Below are positions 18,906 to 28,942 of a stretch of DNA of 64,000 nt, in pieces; position 1 is the first letter of the stretch; every line of letters begins with the position of its first letter. Made by a program: the position numbers and the translations under genes. The stretch covers positions 1,472,001 to 1,536,000 of the forward strand of contig OZ251992.1 in the NCBI GenBank assembly GCA_965246885.1. Direction: 5' to 3'. This DNA is from Abditibacterium sp. Lineage in GTDB: Bacteria; Armatimonadota; Abditibacteriia; Abditibacteriales; Abditibacteriaceae. The notes beneath the pieces were generated by a model. It saw only the letters and a list, made by a program, of their open reading frames with translations, did not search any database and had not been told where the DNA came from.

Positions 18906-19108
18906 ACGGGGGCAGGCGACAGTGCGGAAACCGGGCCACGTTTGACCTTCATTTCGACGACAAGAACACGAATATGGCTTTGGCGACTTCGGCAGCTTTT
19001 CCCGCGCTTTCGGTTTCCCCGCATGGGGTTTCGACTTTAGCGCCCGCGCACGGCACCTTTTCCGATCCGGCTTCTTTGCTCATTCCGTCGTTGGAGGGCG
19101 GGCCGCGT

Positions 19109-19978
19109 GTGCGCTTCGACCCGCGTGTCTACGAGGAAGCGCACACCGGCCTCGTGCGCCGCGACATGAGCCACTTCGGGCGCTTTCGCGTGTGGGGCAA
19201 AGACGCCGCCGCGCTTTTGCACCACCTCACGACCCAAGACATCAAGGGCATGCGCCCCGGCGAAATCCGCGAGGCGGTGCTGGTCAACAACAAAGCCCGC
19301 ATGCTCGACTGGGTGACCATCATGCGCCGCCACGAGTCGGACTTTTGGGTTATCACCAGCCCCAACCGCAAGCAGACCTTCTCCCAGCACGCCATCCGCT
19401 ACGTCCTGTTCCGCCAAGACGTAAAAATTGACGACGTGGCCGCCGACGACGCGCTTTTTGGCGTCTTCGGCCCGAACGCCGCCGAAGTTCCCGGCCCCAA
19501 ATGGCCCACCCACCGCTTGCCGTGCGAAGGTTTTCTCACCTTCGGCGCCCCCGACGAAGCGATGCCGTGCGATACGGACACCTTCAACATCCTGCGCGTC
19601 GAGTGCGGCCTGCCCGTCGCCGGGAGCGAGTTGACCGAAGACTTTAACCCTTGGGAAGCGAACTTCGACTTCGCCATCGCGCCGGGAAAGGGCTGCTACA
19701 ATGGGCAGGAAGTCATCACCCGCCTCGCCACCTATCAAAAAGTGAAGCAGAAACTGGTCGGCGTGCGCATGGAAAAGCCCAATTCGGGCCGCGCCGTGTT
19801 GCGTTGCGGCGCCAAAGACGCGGGGTTACTCACTTCCAGCACCCTATCGCCCCGCTATGGCGCCATCGGCCTCGCTTATGTTCGCTCCGAGTGGAACGCG
19901 CCGGGCACGGAACTCACCCTCGCAGGCGATCACCCCCAAACAGTCACCGTCTGCGAATTGCCCTTCAACCGCGACTGA
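19109..19978 (+). CDS. YgfZ/GcvT family folate-binding protein
   Basis: GKDAAALLHHLTTQD, KGCYNGQEV YgfZ signature; GTG start with GGAGG upstream (start uncertain). Confidence 0.88.
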   Translation: MRFDPRVYEEAHTGLVRRDMSHFGRFRVWGKDAAALLHHLTTQDIKGMRPGEIREAVLVNNKARMLDWVTIMRRHESDFWVITSPNRKQTFSQHAIRYVLFRQDVKIDDVAADDALFGVFGPNAAEVPGPKWPTHRLPCEGFLTFGAPDEAMPCDTDTFNILRVECGLPVAGSELTEDFNPWEANFDFAIAPGKGCYNGQEVITRLATYQKVKQKLVGVRMEKPNSGRAVLRCGAKDAGLLTSSTLSPRYGAIGLAYVRSEWNAPGTELTLAGDHPQTVTVCELPFNRD

Positions 19979-19998
19979 CACCCCGCATATCCCTCCCC

Positions 19999-20030
19999 AA
20001 ACCGGCGCTACCCCAGCGCCGGTTTTCTTT
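19999..20030 (+). terminator. Intrinsic terminator
   Basis: AAACCGGCGCT-acccc-AGCGCCGGTTT-TCTTT. Confidence 0.7.
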
Positions 20031-20102
20031 CGCTTTGCCAGGTAAAACTATCTTGATGGTAGGGTAAAAGAAGAAAACAGCAAGAGAATCAGCGATTTGA
20101 CC

Positions 20103-20131
20103 TTGACAGCGTGCGAAAACCCTCCTATATT
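20103..20131 (+). promoter_or_regulatory. Sigma70-type promoter
   Basis: TTGACA (20103-20108), 17-bp spacer, TATATT (20126-20131). Confidence 0.7.
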
Positions 20132-20369
20132 CTCCATCGCACAGGGAAAATCACCTGCGCTGCGCGGTTAATCTATGTTTCGTCTCGTCTTCGACTGCAC
20201 TCCCCTTCTTGCGTGCGGCTCCTGTTGGGAGCCGGTGACGCCGCGAGGAAGCGCAGGCCGAGGCGGAAGAAGCGCCGCGTAGGGTGGGGCTTCCTCAGAC
20301 GCTGCGCTCATCGGCCCCTCGCCCCGTTCGGCACCCGCTTCATCTTTCGCCCCTTGTGGCGTATTTCCA

Positions 20370-21194
20370 ATGAAAAACATCTCATCCATTTCGCGGAAAG
20401 CGTTCTCGCTTATAGAATTGCTCGTCGTCATCGCCATCATCGCCATCCTTGCGGCGATCCTGTTCCCGGCTTTTGCCCGTGCCCGCGACAACGCGCGCCG
20501 CACGAACGGCATCTCCAACGTCAAGCAGATCAGCCTCGGCGTCGTGCAATACCTCCAAGACTACGACGAGCGCTTCTTCCAAACCGTGACCGAGCGTCAA
20601 GGCACCGACGCTACGCGCTTCCCGACTGCCAGTAACCCCGACGCGACCACCGCCAACGGCGCCGCAATCTACTCTTACCGGCAAAAGTTGCAGCCCTACA
20701 CCAAAAGCATCCAACTTTTCAAAGACCCCTCCGCCCCCGACTGGCCCGCCGCTTCTTCCGGCCAATACTACTCGACCGACTACGGCTTTCACCTGAACGA
20801 GTCCAAGTTCTCGGCAGGCAAATTCCAACAAGCGTGGTATGCCGCCAACCCCAGCTTTGGTTTGAACGAGGACAACACCCTCGCCTCCATTGCGAATTCG
20901 GCCAAGTTCATCATCCTCAGCGAGGCGGGACGCTCGGATGCTTCGCCCTCGCGTGGTGGCGTCTATCCGCTCGACGACAGCACCGACCCGACCAAATACT
21001 ACGACTTCGTCGGTGGCCCCGCCGCAGGAACCCTTTCCTCGCAGGCCCGCCCCTACAAACGCCACTTCGACGGCATCGTCGTTGGCTACCTTGATGGCCA
21101 TGCGAAGTGGGTCAGGCCCGAATCCACTTGGGCGACTGTTTCCACCGTCGCTGGCGCGAACGTCAACAACCAGTGGAGCCGCGACGTTCAGTAG
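20370..21194 (+). CDS. Prepilin-type N-terminal cleavage/methylation protein with H-X9-DG motif (DUF1559-like)
   Basis: [57 protein letters not shown]. Confidence 0.92.
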   Translation: MKNISSISRKAFSLIELLVVIAIIAILAAILFPAFARARDNARRTNGISNVKQISLGVVQYLQDYDERFFQTVTERQGTDATRFPTASNPDATTANGAAIYSYRQKLQPYTKSIQLFKDPSAPDWPAASSGQYYSTDYGFHLNESKFSAGKFQQAWYAANPSFGLNEDNTLASIANSAKFIILSEAGRSDASPSRGGVYPLDDSTDPTKYYDFVGGPAAGTLSSQARPYKRHFDGIVVGYLDGHAKWVRPESTWATVSTVAGANVNNQWSRDVQ

Positions 21195-21228
21195 CGCGAG
21201 ATTTGCGTTTGTTCATGCATGGTTGGGG

Positions 21229-21259
21229 AAACCGCCGGAACTTTGGGTTCCGGCGGTTT
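21229..21259 (+). terminator. Intrinsic terminator
   Basis: AAACCGCCGGAAC-tttgg-GTTCCGGCGGTTT. Confidence 0.65.
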
Positions 21260-21272
21260 GTCCGTTTTGGGC

Positions 21273-22139
21273 ATGGCCTCTTGGGAAGACATAGCGAACG
21301 AAATCGCGCCAGCCGGACAAGACACGGGCGCCCTCGCTACCGGCGCGCGGCGCGGACGGGATGGCAAGCGCGGCAACTTGGGCGACGCCTTCGGCGTCTC
21401 CCGCTTTCTCGAACCCGCCCCCGTCCAAAAGAGCGACTCCCCCGATGCTGTCTGGGGCGGACGCCAAGCGAGCGGCGCGTCGGGTAACTACTACTTCGTA
21501 GACCGCGCCGTCACGAGTTACGACGACCTCGCCGCCACCCTGTCCGCGCGCTTGGACAAGGCGCTCGCCAACCCGCCCTCGCGCTGGCTCGAAGGGCTGA
21601 GCGTGGCCGATCTGCTGTTCTGCGACATCGAAACGACCGGACTTTCCGCCGCCAATCCCTTGTTCCTCATCGGGACGCTGCGCTTTGTCGAAGGGGAGCC
21701 GCGCTTGCAACTCTACCTCGCGCGCGACTTCGACGAGGAAAAAGCCGTCTTGGAAGCGTTCTCGAAGGTCGTGCGCGGCAAGACGCTCGTCACCTTCAAC
21801 GGCAAGTCGTTCGACTGGCCTTACATTGAGGGCCGCGCGCGCCGTCACCGCGTCGCCATGCCCGAACCCGCCGGACACTACGACCTCCTCTTTTCCGCGC
21901 GCCGCCGCTATCGCTCCCAGCTACCCAACTGCAAGCTGCAAACCCTCGAAATGGGCATCTGCAAGCGCGGTCGCAAGGGAGACATCCCGTCGTCGCAAAT
22001 TCCCGAACGCTACCACGACTTCGTGGACGCGCATCGCGTCGGAGGCGGCGCTTACCTGCTCGCGCCCGTCTTGTTCCACAACGCCCTCGACGTGCTCACG
22101 ATGGCCGAACTCATCTGCTGCATGGCCGAAACCGGCTGA
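21273..22139 (+). CDS. Ribonuclease H-like domain protein (YprB/RNase_H_2 family)
   Basis: LFCDIETTGL, LVTFNGKSFDWPY, HYDLL, HNALDV. Confidence 0.88.
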   Translation: MASWEDIANEIAPAGQDTGALATGARRGRDGKRGNLGDAFGVSRFLEPAPVQKSDSPDAVWGGRQASGASGNYYFVDRAVTSYDDLAATLSARLDKALANPPSRWLEGLSVADLLFCDIETTGLSAANPLFLIGTLRFVEGEPRLQLYLARDFDEEKAVLEAFSKVVRGKTLVTFNGKSFDWPYIEGRARRHRVAMPEPAGHYDLLFSARRRYRSQLPNCKLQTLEMGICKRGRKGDIPSSQIPERYHDFVDAHRVGGGAYLLAPVLFHNALDVLTMAELICCMAETG

Positions 22140-22181
22140 CGGCCCGCTCGTTTGGGTGGTTGAAGCGTTAAAATCTCTCCG

Positions 22182-23075
22182 ATGCCCAGCCATAAAGCTC
22201 TCATTCTCGGCGCGCGCGGCCAATTGGCGGGCGCCCTCCGGCGTTTGGCGCCCGATGGCGTTGAGGTCGTCGCGTTAGAGCGCGCCGAGGTGGACATCAC
22301 TGATGCTGCCTCGATTCGCGCCGCTTTGGAAGCGCACCGGCCCGACCTCGTGTGGAACGGCGCCGCTTTCAACGCCGTTGACAAAGCCGAGGCGAGCGAC
22401 GGCGCCGCGCAAGCCATGCAAATCAACGCGCTTGGCCCCACACTCCTCGCTCTGGCCTGCCGCGACTTCGGGGCGCGACTGGTGCACTTCTCGACCGACT
22501 TCGTTTTCGATGGGCGCAAGACAACGCCTTATAAGGAAGAGGACGCCACTAACCCGCTTTCGATTTACGGCGCCTCGAAGTTGGCGGGCGAGCGCGCGAC
22601 TTTGGCCGCTTCGCCGCGTCATTTCGTCGTGCGCGTTGAGCGCTTGTTCGGGCCGGTCGAGGACTTGCAAACCAGTGGCGGGAGCGCGGCCAAACCGGGC
22701 GGCAACTTCCCGATGCTCATGCTGCGTTTAGGGCGCGAGCGCGAGCGGCTCCGCATCGTGGACGATCAAATCGCCGCGCCGTCCTATAACCCCGACCTTG
22801 CGCGCGCGGCTTGGCAATTGGTCGAACGCGCCGAAGGCGGCTTGTTTCATCTGTCCAACGCGGGCGAAGTTTCTTTTGCCGACTACGCCGAGCGCGTTTT
22901 CGCGTGGGCCGGTTTGTCGTGCGTTGTCGAGCGCGTTTCGAGCGAAGAATACGGCGCCCCCGCGCGGCGTCCCGCGTATTCGACTTTTTCCAACGAACGG
23001 GCGCACGCCGTTGGCGTCGAACCGTTGCGGGCGTGGGATGCGGCGTTGCGGGAGTTCTTGGAGCATCATGCCTGA
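22182..23075 (+). CDS. rfbD: dTDP-4-dehydrorhamnose reductase
   Basis: GARGQL, HFSTDFVFDG, YGASKLAGE, IVDDQ, ARRPAYS. Confidence 0.93.
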   Translation: MPSHKALILGARGQLAGALRRLAPDGVEVVALERAEVDITDAASIRAALEAHRPDLVWNGAAFNAVDKAEASDGAAQAMQINALGPTLLALACRDFGARLVHFSTDFVFDGRKTTPYKEEDATNPLSIYGASKLAGERATLAASPRHFVVRVERLFGPVEDLQTSGGSAAKPGGNFPMLMLRLGRERERLRIVDDQIAAPSYNPDLARAAWQLVERAEGGLFHLSNAGEVSFADYAERVFAWAGLSCVVERVSSEEYGAPARRPAYSTFSNERAHAVGVEPLRAWDAALREFLEHHA

Positions 23076-23550
23076 TTCCATTCACCCTCCGCCTTGGCAC
23101 TTGCGCGGCGAAGCGGTCGCGCTTCTCGCCTCGCCTGTTTCGGTGTGCTTGCTGGTGAACTACACTTCCAGCCCCGTTGGGCCGTATCTCGAACACGCCT
23201 TGGCGACGCTTACGCTGCGCGGGCCGCACGTGTTTCAAATGAGCGTGAACCTTGAAAAATCGATGCTGGGCGGGCGGGCAATTTGGGGGTTCCCCAAAAC
23301 GATGGAAGCGCTCGCGTGGCAAAAGAAGCGCGACCGCCTCACCTTTCGGCGCTTGGACAAAGTGCTGAGGGTGCGCGCCTTCGGGCCGAAGTTCCCGCTT
23401 GCCCTGCCGTTTTGGGCGGCGCAACAAAAGGAAGGCGCATGGGTGCGAGTGCCCGGTTTCATCCGGGCGCGGGTGCGTTTGGCGTTTCGTGGCGTGCAAT
23501 TGGCGCTGTGGTTCGATTCGTTCTCGATGGAAATAAAGGCTCCCAAATGA
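23068..23550 (+). CDS. Acetoacetate decarboxylase family protein
   Basis: PPPWHLRG, YTSSPVGPYLE, GGRAIWGFPK. Confidence 0.78.
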   Translation: MPDSIHPPPWHLRGEAVALLASPVSVCLLVNYTSSPVGPYLEHALATLTLRGPHVFQMSVNLEKSMLGGRAIWGFPKTMEALAWQKKRDRLTFRRLDKVLRVRAFGPKFPLALPFWAAQQKEGAWVRVPGFIRARVRLAFRGVQLALWFDSFSMEIKAPK

Positions 23551-23927
23551 CTTTGGCACTCATTGCTCACGACGGCAAAAAGGCGGCGATGTTGGAGTGG
23601 GCGCGTTCGCGGCACGCTTTCCTCGCGCGGCACGCCATTGTCGCAACCGGCACGACGGGCGGGATGCTCGAAGCCGAACTTGGCCTGCCCGTTCATCGCA
23701 TGCTGTCCGGCCCGTTGGGGGGCGACCTGCAAATCGGCGCGCTCATCGTCACCGACCAAATCGGCGCCGTGATTTTCCTGCGCGATCCGCTCACTCCGCA
23801 TCCGCACGAACCCGACATATCGGCCCTGATGAAAGCGTGCGACATCCACAACGTCCCGCTTGCGACCAACGTCGCGTCAGCGGACTTGTTGCTCGACGGT
23901 CTGCGCGCGAGAAACGAAGGGGAATGA
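23547..23927 (+). CDS. mgsA: Methylglyoxal synthase
   Basis: LALIAHDGKK, ATGTTG, SGPLGGDLQIG, PHPHEPDI, PLATN. Confidence 0.96.
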   Translation: MTLALIAHDGKKAAMLEWARSRHAFLARHAIVATGTTGGMLEAELGLPVHRMLSGPLGGDLQIGALIVTDQIGAVIFLRDPLTPHPHEPDISALMKACDIHNVPLATNVASADLLLDGLRARNEGE

Positions 23928-24075
23928 AGCGCCGGTGCGCGGCAACCAAAGACGCAAGCGCGCGAGCCAAAGAATTAGGCGCGCGCCTTGAAGAACGATG
24001 CGCGCCGGTCAAGGAATTACATGCGGCAACAGTTGAGGTGCGCGCGCCGACGGAGGAATGAGGTGAATCAACCGT
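23928..24075. repeat. Highly degenerate 21-bp periodic intergenic array
   Basis: Periodic GCGC(G)..AA(A/G)GA(A/C) units; reads as heptads ATKDASA/RAKELGA/RLEERCA/PVKELHA. Confidence 0.45.
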
Positions 24076-24150
24076 TGATTTAGCTAATTCTTTCGTTCAT
24101 TCTTGCCGTTTTTTGCGGCTCCGATGCGCGCGAAAGGGGTCAGGAAGACT

Positions 24151-25131
24151 ATGGCTTTTCCCATTCAGCGCCCGCGCCGTTTGCGCCGCACGCCCACTTT
24201 GCGCGCAATGGTGCGCGAGAACCATGTTCTGCCGTCCGACCTTATCGCGCCGCTTTTCGTGTGCGAAGGGGAAGGGGTGCAAACGCCCATCGCGTCGCTC
24301 CCCGGCCAGTTTCGGCTGGGCGTTGACCGCGCGGTGGAAATGGCGCGGCAACTGGCGCAGGTGGGCGTCTTGAGCGTGATTCTGTTCGGCATCGTGACGG
24401 AAAAGGACGAAGCCGGGACGGGCGCGACTGACCCCGACGGGCCGGTGCCGCGCGCAATTGCGGCGATTAAGGCGGCGTTGCCGGAAATGGTGGTCATTGC
24501 CGATACGTGCGCGTGTGAATATACCTCGCACGGTCACTGCGGTATAGTGCGCGGCGAAACGGTGGACAACGACGCGACGCTCGCTTTGCTCCAAAGGGCG
24601 GCGCTCTGTTATGCGCGGGCGGGAGCGGACGTGGTGGCGCCGTCGGATATGATGGACGGTCGCGTCGCGGCGATTCGCGCCGCGCTCGATGGCGAAGGCT
24701 TTGCCGAAGTGCCGATTATGAGCTACGCCGCGAAGTTCGCGGGCGCCTTTTATGGGCCGTTCCGCGACGCCGCCGATTCGACGCCCGCGTTTGGCGACCG
24801 CCGCTCCTATCAAATGGACATCGCCAACCGCCGCGAAGCGTTGCGCGAAATGGCGTTGGACGTGGAAGAGGGAGCGGATATGCTCATCATCAAACCCGGC
24901 CTGTTCTGCCTCGACTTGGTGAGGGATGCGCGCGAGCGGTTCGAGTTGCCCCTCTGCGCATACAACGTGTCGAGCGAATACGCGATGGTGAAAGCCGCCG
25001 GGCAGATGGGATGGGTGGACGAAGCGAGGCTGATAGACGAAACGCTCCTCTCGTTCAAACGGGCCGGAGCCGACTTGATCATCACCTACTTCGCGCTCGA
25101 ATGGGCGCAGAGGTTCGCAAAGCAATCTTAG
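24151..25131 (+). CDS. hemB: Porphobilinogen synthase (ALA dehydratase)
   Basis: RPRRLR, CACEYTSHGHCG, APSDMMDGRV, FYGPFRDAA, AYNVSSEYAM. Confidence 0.97.
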   Translation: MAFPIQRPRRLRRTPTLRAMVRENHVLPSDLIAPLFVCEGEGVQTPIASLPGQFRLGVDRAVEMARQLAQVGVLSVILFGIVTEKDEAGTGATDPDGPVPRAIAAIKAALPEMVVIADTCACEYTSHGHCGIVRGETVDNDATLALLQRAALCYARAGADVVAPSDMMDGRVAAIRAALDGEGFAEVPIMSYAAKFAGAFYGPFRDAADSTPAFGDRRSYQMDIANRREALREMALDVEEGADMLIIKPGLFCLDLVRDARERFELPLCAYNVSSEYAMVKAAGQMGWVDEARLIDETLLSFKRAGADLIITYFALEWAQRFAKQS

Positions 25132-25184
25132 GCGCATGCAACGCCGCGCGCGGTGGCGCTTCTATGTTGGGGGAAGAATCTACC

Positions 25185-25613
25185 ATGAACAAAACCATCG
25201 TTCGTTTGGCCGCCAGTGCCGCTCTGCTGGGTGCCGTCGCCGTTTCGTTGCCGCGCGCGTCCGTTGCCAAAACCACCGCCAAGGGTGGCGAGTTCCGCTC
25301 CATCTCTCAAAAAGAGTTGCTCGCGGCCATCAAAGCCAAGCGCGTCACTGTCTTCGACGCCAACGGCGATGAGTCCTTTAAAGAAGGCCGCATCCCGACC
25401 GCCATTAACTATTACGCGGTCGAGTCGAAATTCGCGTCGTATCTGCCCAAAAACAAGTCCGCCCTCGTCGTCGCTTACTGCGGCAACGAACACTGCACCG
25501 CTTACAAACAGGCCGCTTCCGCCGCGCAAAAGTTAGGTTACACCAACATCGCGCACTTTGCCCCCGGCATCGCGGGCTGGCGTGCATCGGGCGCACCCCA
25601 AGACAAAGGTTGA
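25185..25613 (+). CDS. Secreted rhodanese-like domain protein
   Basis: Signal peptide; FKEGRIPTA, VVAYCG, GIAGW. Confidence 0.82.
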   Translation: MNKTIVRLAASAALLGAVAVSLPRASVAKTTAKGGEFRSISQKELLAAIKAKRVTVFDANGDESFKEGRIPTAINYYAVESKFASYLPKNKSALVVAYCGNEHCTAYKQAASAAQKLGYTNIAHFAPGIAGWRASGAPQDKG

Positions 25614-25633
25614 GAGGGCGATTGACAACATCG

Positions 25634-25698
25634 AGGCCGCGCTTCCCAAGGGAGCGCGGCCTTTGCGTTAAACTGTGCGGCGAACCGGTTCGCCGCAC
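25634..25698. terminator. Two hairpins between convergent genes
   Basis: AGGCCGCGCTTCC-caa-GGGAGCGCGGCCT-TT and TGTGCGGCGAACCGGTTCGCCGCACA. Confidence 0.6.
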
Positions 25699-25709
25699 AC
25701 GCCGGTGGG

Positions 25710-26126
25710 TCAAGTTCCGAACTTCGCCAACTCGCGCGCGATCTTGTCGCGCACTTCGTCGCCGTCTATGGGTTTGAAGATGTATTGCGTGAGCGGCACT
25801 TCGGGCGCGCCCGAAAAGCGGTGGCGCACGATCTTCAAGCGGTCGGCGACAAACAACAGGCCAATCCCCCGAAACATCGCGGAGTATTGCGGGGCGCCGC
25901 GCAAAATGGCGCTCAACTCGTAACCCGGCATGTCGGACAGATACGTTCCCAAGAGTACCAGTTGCGGCGCGAAGTCATCCAGTGCCACAATTGCCGACAT
26001 CGCGTTGCCCGCCAGTTCGACCCCAAAGCCAAAGCCTTCGAGGATGGCCACAAGCGAGTTGGCGGTTTCGGCATCGCTTTCAACGACTAAAATGCGCGTG
26101 GCGGCGGTGGTGGGTGCGGGCGACAT
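25710..26126 (-). CDS. Single-domain response regulator (atypical receiver)
   Basis: RILVVES, PQLVLLG..MPGYE, YIFKP. Confidence 0.75.
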   Translation of the reverse strand: MSPAPTTAATRILVVESDAETANSLVAILEGFGFGVELAGNAMSAIVALDDFAPQLVLLGTYLSDMPGYELSAILRGAPQYSAMFRGIGLLFVADRLKIVRHRFSGAPEVPLTQYIFKPIDGDEVRDKIARELAKFGT

Positions 26127-26141
26127 GGGCGTGAAAAGGTG

Positions 26142-27143
26142 TTATTTGTCGGGCGTGCCGACGGCGCGCGCGACTTCGGCTTCGCTGACCGACTGCGTTG
26201 CGATGCGGTTGCGCCCGCCTTCTTTGGCGCGGTAAAGTTCCGCGTCGGCGAGGGTGAACAATCCCCCCGCCAACTGCGCGGTCGAAAGGCGGGCGGAGCC
26301 GTCGGACGCAGAGGAAGCCGAAGGGGGCAACAAAATGGCCCCGCCACCCGAAACGGTGACGGAAATGGTTTGGCCAAGCCCGCTCGACGGGCAGGGGATG
26401 GGCTGCCCCGCCAAGCCCGCGCGCACTTTTTCGGCGAAAATCTTCGCGCCCACTTCGTCGGTGTTGGGCAGCAACACGGCGAACTCTTCGCCCCCGAAGC
26501 GCGCGACCTTATCCACGCGGCGCGACAGTTGAATCAGCGTTTCGGCGAAGAAGCGCAGCACGAGGTCGCCCTGCGTGTGGCCGTGCGTGTCGTTGACGGC
26601 TTTGAAGTGGTCGAGATCAAACACGGCCAACCCCAAAGGCTGCATGAAACGGCGCGCGCGGTGCAGTTCGTCCTCGAATTGCGAATCGAAGCCGCGCCGG
26701 TTCAAGAGGCCAGTAAGCGGGTCGGTGACGGCCAAGCGCGACAGTTGGTCGTTGCTCGCTTTGAGTTCGGCTTGCAACTTCTGCATCCGCAAGGCGGCGC
26801 GCACGCGCGCGACGAGTTCGGGCAGGGCGAACGGCTTGGCGATGTAATCAACGGCGACTTCGAGGCCGTGCACGCGGTCGTCCACGTCTTGGCGCGCGGT
26901 GACGAAGATGATGGGGATGTCGCGCGTCGTGTCGTCGGCTTTTAACTGCTGCGCCACCTCGAAGCCCGTTAGTCCCGGCATCATCACGTCCATCAGAATG
27001 AGGGACGGCAGTTCAGTCGTGGCGGTTTGCAGCGCGCGCGCGCCGGTCGAAGCCGACAGCACTTCGTAGCCTTCCATGCGCAGCGTGAGCGCCATCAAGG
27101 AAGCTATTTCGGGGCTGTCTTCGACTACTAAAATTCTGTCCAT
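26142..27143 (-). CDS. Diguanylate cyclase, REC-GGDEF
   Basis: LILMDVMMP receiver; TDPLTGL, DLDHFKAVNDTHGH, RRVD I-site five residues before GGEEF. Confidence 0.94.
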   Translation of the reverse strand: MDRILVVEDSPEIASLMALTLRMEGYEVLSASTGARALQTATTELPSLILMDVMMPGLTGFEVAQQLKADDTTRDIPIIFVTARQDVDDRVHGLEVAVDYIAKPFALPELVARVRAALRMQKLQAELKASNDQLSRLAVTDPLTGLLNRRGFDSQFEDELHRARRFMQPLGLAVFDLDHFKAVNDTHGHTQGDLVLRFFAETLIQLSRRVDKVARFGGEEFAVLLPNTDEVGAKIFAEKVRAGLAGQPIPCPSSGLGQTISVTVSGGGAILLPPSASSASDGSARLSTAQLAGGLFTLADAELYRAKEGGRNRIATQSVSEAEVARAVGTPDK

Positions 27144-27245
27144 AAGTGGCGCGGCGTGACAATGCGGGCGGATGGTGATTAGAACGCGCAAGGCGGCGTT
27201 TTCGCGCGCCCAGTATGGCAAAGAACGGGGGACAACCCTGCTCCT

Positions 27246-27986
27246 TTAACGCAATAACTGCCCTCCATCCACGACGACGGTCGTTCCGGTGATGAATCCG
27301 GGGCCAGCAAGCAAGAACAAGACCGTTTCTGCCACTTCTTCGACCTTCCCCAAACGGCCCACTGGCACGCGCGCCACCAACTCCGTTCTCGTCTCTTCGT
27401 CGCCCTCGCCCGGCAAAATCGCGCCCGGCGCGACGCAGTTGACGCGCACCCCGCGCGGCGCTAAGGCTTTGGCGAACCCCTTTCCCACCATCTCGACGCC
27501 CGCTTTGGACGCGCAGTAGGGAATGTAGTTGAGCAGGGGCCGCGAAGCGTAGATGTCCGAAAACAATACGATGGCGCCGCCTTCTTGCACGCGCTCGCCC
27601 CACGTTTGGCACGCCAAAAACGGCCCCTTGAGGTTGGCGGCGATGTGCGCGTCGAAGTCCGCTTCGGTCAAGACATCGGGCGGCGTGCGCTTGAAGATGG
27701 CCGCGCACACCACGACGCCAAACACCCCGCCGAACTCTTCGGCCACCCGCTCCGCGACGCTCGCCCACTCCTCGCCGCGCGTGATGTCGAGCCTAAGCGC
27801 CGCGAAGTGCTGCTCTGGCGCGACGCCCCGCAACTCTTCGAGCGTGCTGTGCGCGTCCGCTTCGGAAGTGTGATAGGTGAACGCGACGTTCGCCCCCATT
27901 TTGGCGCACGCGAGCGCAACACCGCGTCCGATGCGCCGCGCGCCGCCGATGATGAGGATGGTTTTGTCGTGAATGGAGGGGGGCAT
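27246..27986 (-). CDS. SDR family oxidoreductase (pteridine reductase/FolM-like)
   Basis: GGARRIG, YCASK, RVNCVAPG, ITGTTVVVDGG. Confidence 0.88.
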   Translation of the reverse strand: MPPSIHDKTILIIGGARRIGRGVALACAKMGANVAFTYHTSEADAHSTLEELRGVAPEQHFAALRLDITRGEEWASVAERVAEEFGGVFGVVVCAAIFKRTPPDVLTEADFDAHIAANLKGPFLACQTWGERVQEGGAIVLFSDIYASRPLLNYIPYCASKAGVEMVGKGFAKALAPRGVRVNCVAPGAILPGEGDEETRTELVARVPVGRLGKVEEVAETVLFLLAGPGFITGTTVVVDGGQLLR

Positions 27987-28142
27987 ATTTTCGTTCTCGG
28001 CGCTGAAGCGCCGAGCTACACGCGCCGTTGGCGCCACTGCCCGCCTTCGCGGGCAAGGGACAGTTCGTGGTGGCCACGAAGGTGGCCTGTGGTTGGCGTA
28101 GCCAACGTGTAGCCCGACGCTTTAACGCCGGGTGAGGAAGTT

Positions 28143-28931
28143 TTACACCTCCACTTCCATCCCATCAAACGCAACCCGCACGCGCTCCGGCAGGGTTTCT
28201 TCGGTCGCGGCGTGGGCTAAGTCGTGCGTGATGTGGGTGAGGAAGGCGCGCTTGGGGTTGATGCGCTCGATGGCTTCCAGAGCCTGCGCGACGTTGAAAT
28301 GGTTCGGGTGCTCGGCATGGCGCAAGGCGTCCACCACGAAAACATCGGCGCCGTGCATGGCGGCGAGGCTGTCGTCGGGAATGGCGGCGCAGTCGCTGGC
28401 ATACACGAAGCGGCCCGTTGGCCCCGCAAAACTCCAAGACAAAATCTCCCCCGCTTTGCCATGCGAAATCGGGAGCGCCGTCACTTGCAAGGCGCCAAAC
28501 TGGAGCGACTGAAACGGCTCGACGGTGTGCGGCGTGATGCGCGGGAATCCGCCGTGTTCACGGTCTTGAACGAGGCAATAATCGAAGACTTTCTCCAAGC
28601 GCTCGCGCGTGCGGGCATCGCAATAGCCGGAAATGTAGCCCTGCTTGTCGGACAAAGGGCGCACGTCGTCCAGCCCGATGATGTGGTCGTTGTGCGCATG
28701 AGTCCACAAGATGGCGCTCAGATGCCCCACGCCCGCCCGCAGCATCTGCCCGCGAAAGTCGGGGCCGGTATCCACCAGCAAACGGGTCACGACCTCCTCA
28801 GTTGCGTCCTCGACCAACACCGACGCGCGCAAACGCTTGTCGCGCGGGTCGTCGGAACGGCACACCGCGCAGTCGCAGCCCACATACGGCACGCCGTAAC
28901 TTGTGCCCGTGCCCAAAAACCGGATCGTCAT
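28143..28931 (-). CDS. MBL-fold metallo-hydrolase (PhnP-like)
   Basis: FLGTGTSYGVP, CDCAVC, THAHNDHIIG, LTHITH. Confidence 0.92.
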   Translation of the reverse strand: MTIRFLGTGTSYGVPYVGCDCAVCRSDDPRDKRLRASVLVEDATEEVVTRLLVDTGPDFRGQMLRAGVGHLSAILWTHAHNDHIIGLDDVRPLSDKQGYISGYCDARTRERLEKVFDYCLVQDREHGGFPRITPHTVEPFQSLQFGALQVTALPISHGKAGEILSWSFAGPTGRFVYASDCAAIPDDSLAAMHGADVFVVDALRHAEHPNHFNVAQALEAIERINPKRAFLTHITHDLAHAATEETLPERVRVAFDGMEVEV

Positions 28932-28942
28932 CGCCCTTTAAG

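Noticed and set aside
18230..19108. Long N-terminal extension of YgfZ ORF
   Set aside because: Overlaps the membrane protein gene in another frame; no family motifs
20136..20160. c-di-GMP-I riboswitch (CGCACAGGGAAAA resembles its 5' end)
   Set aside because: Downstream GNRA stem and GACGCAAAG core not found
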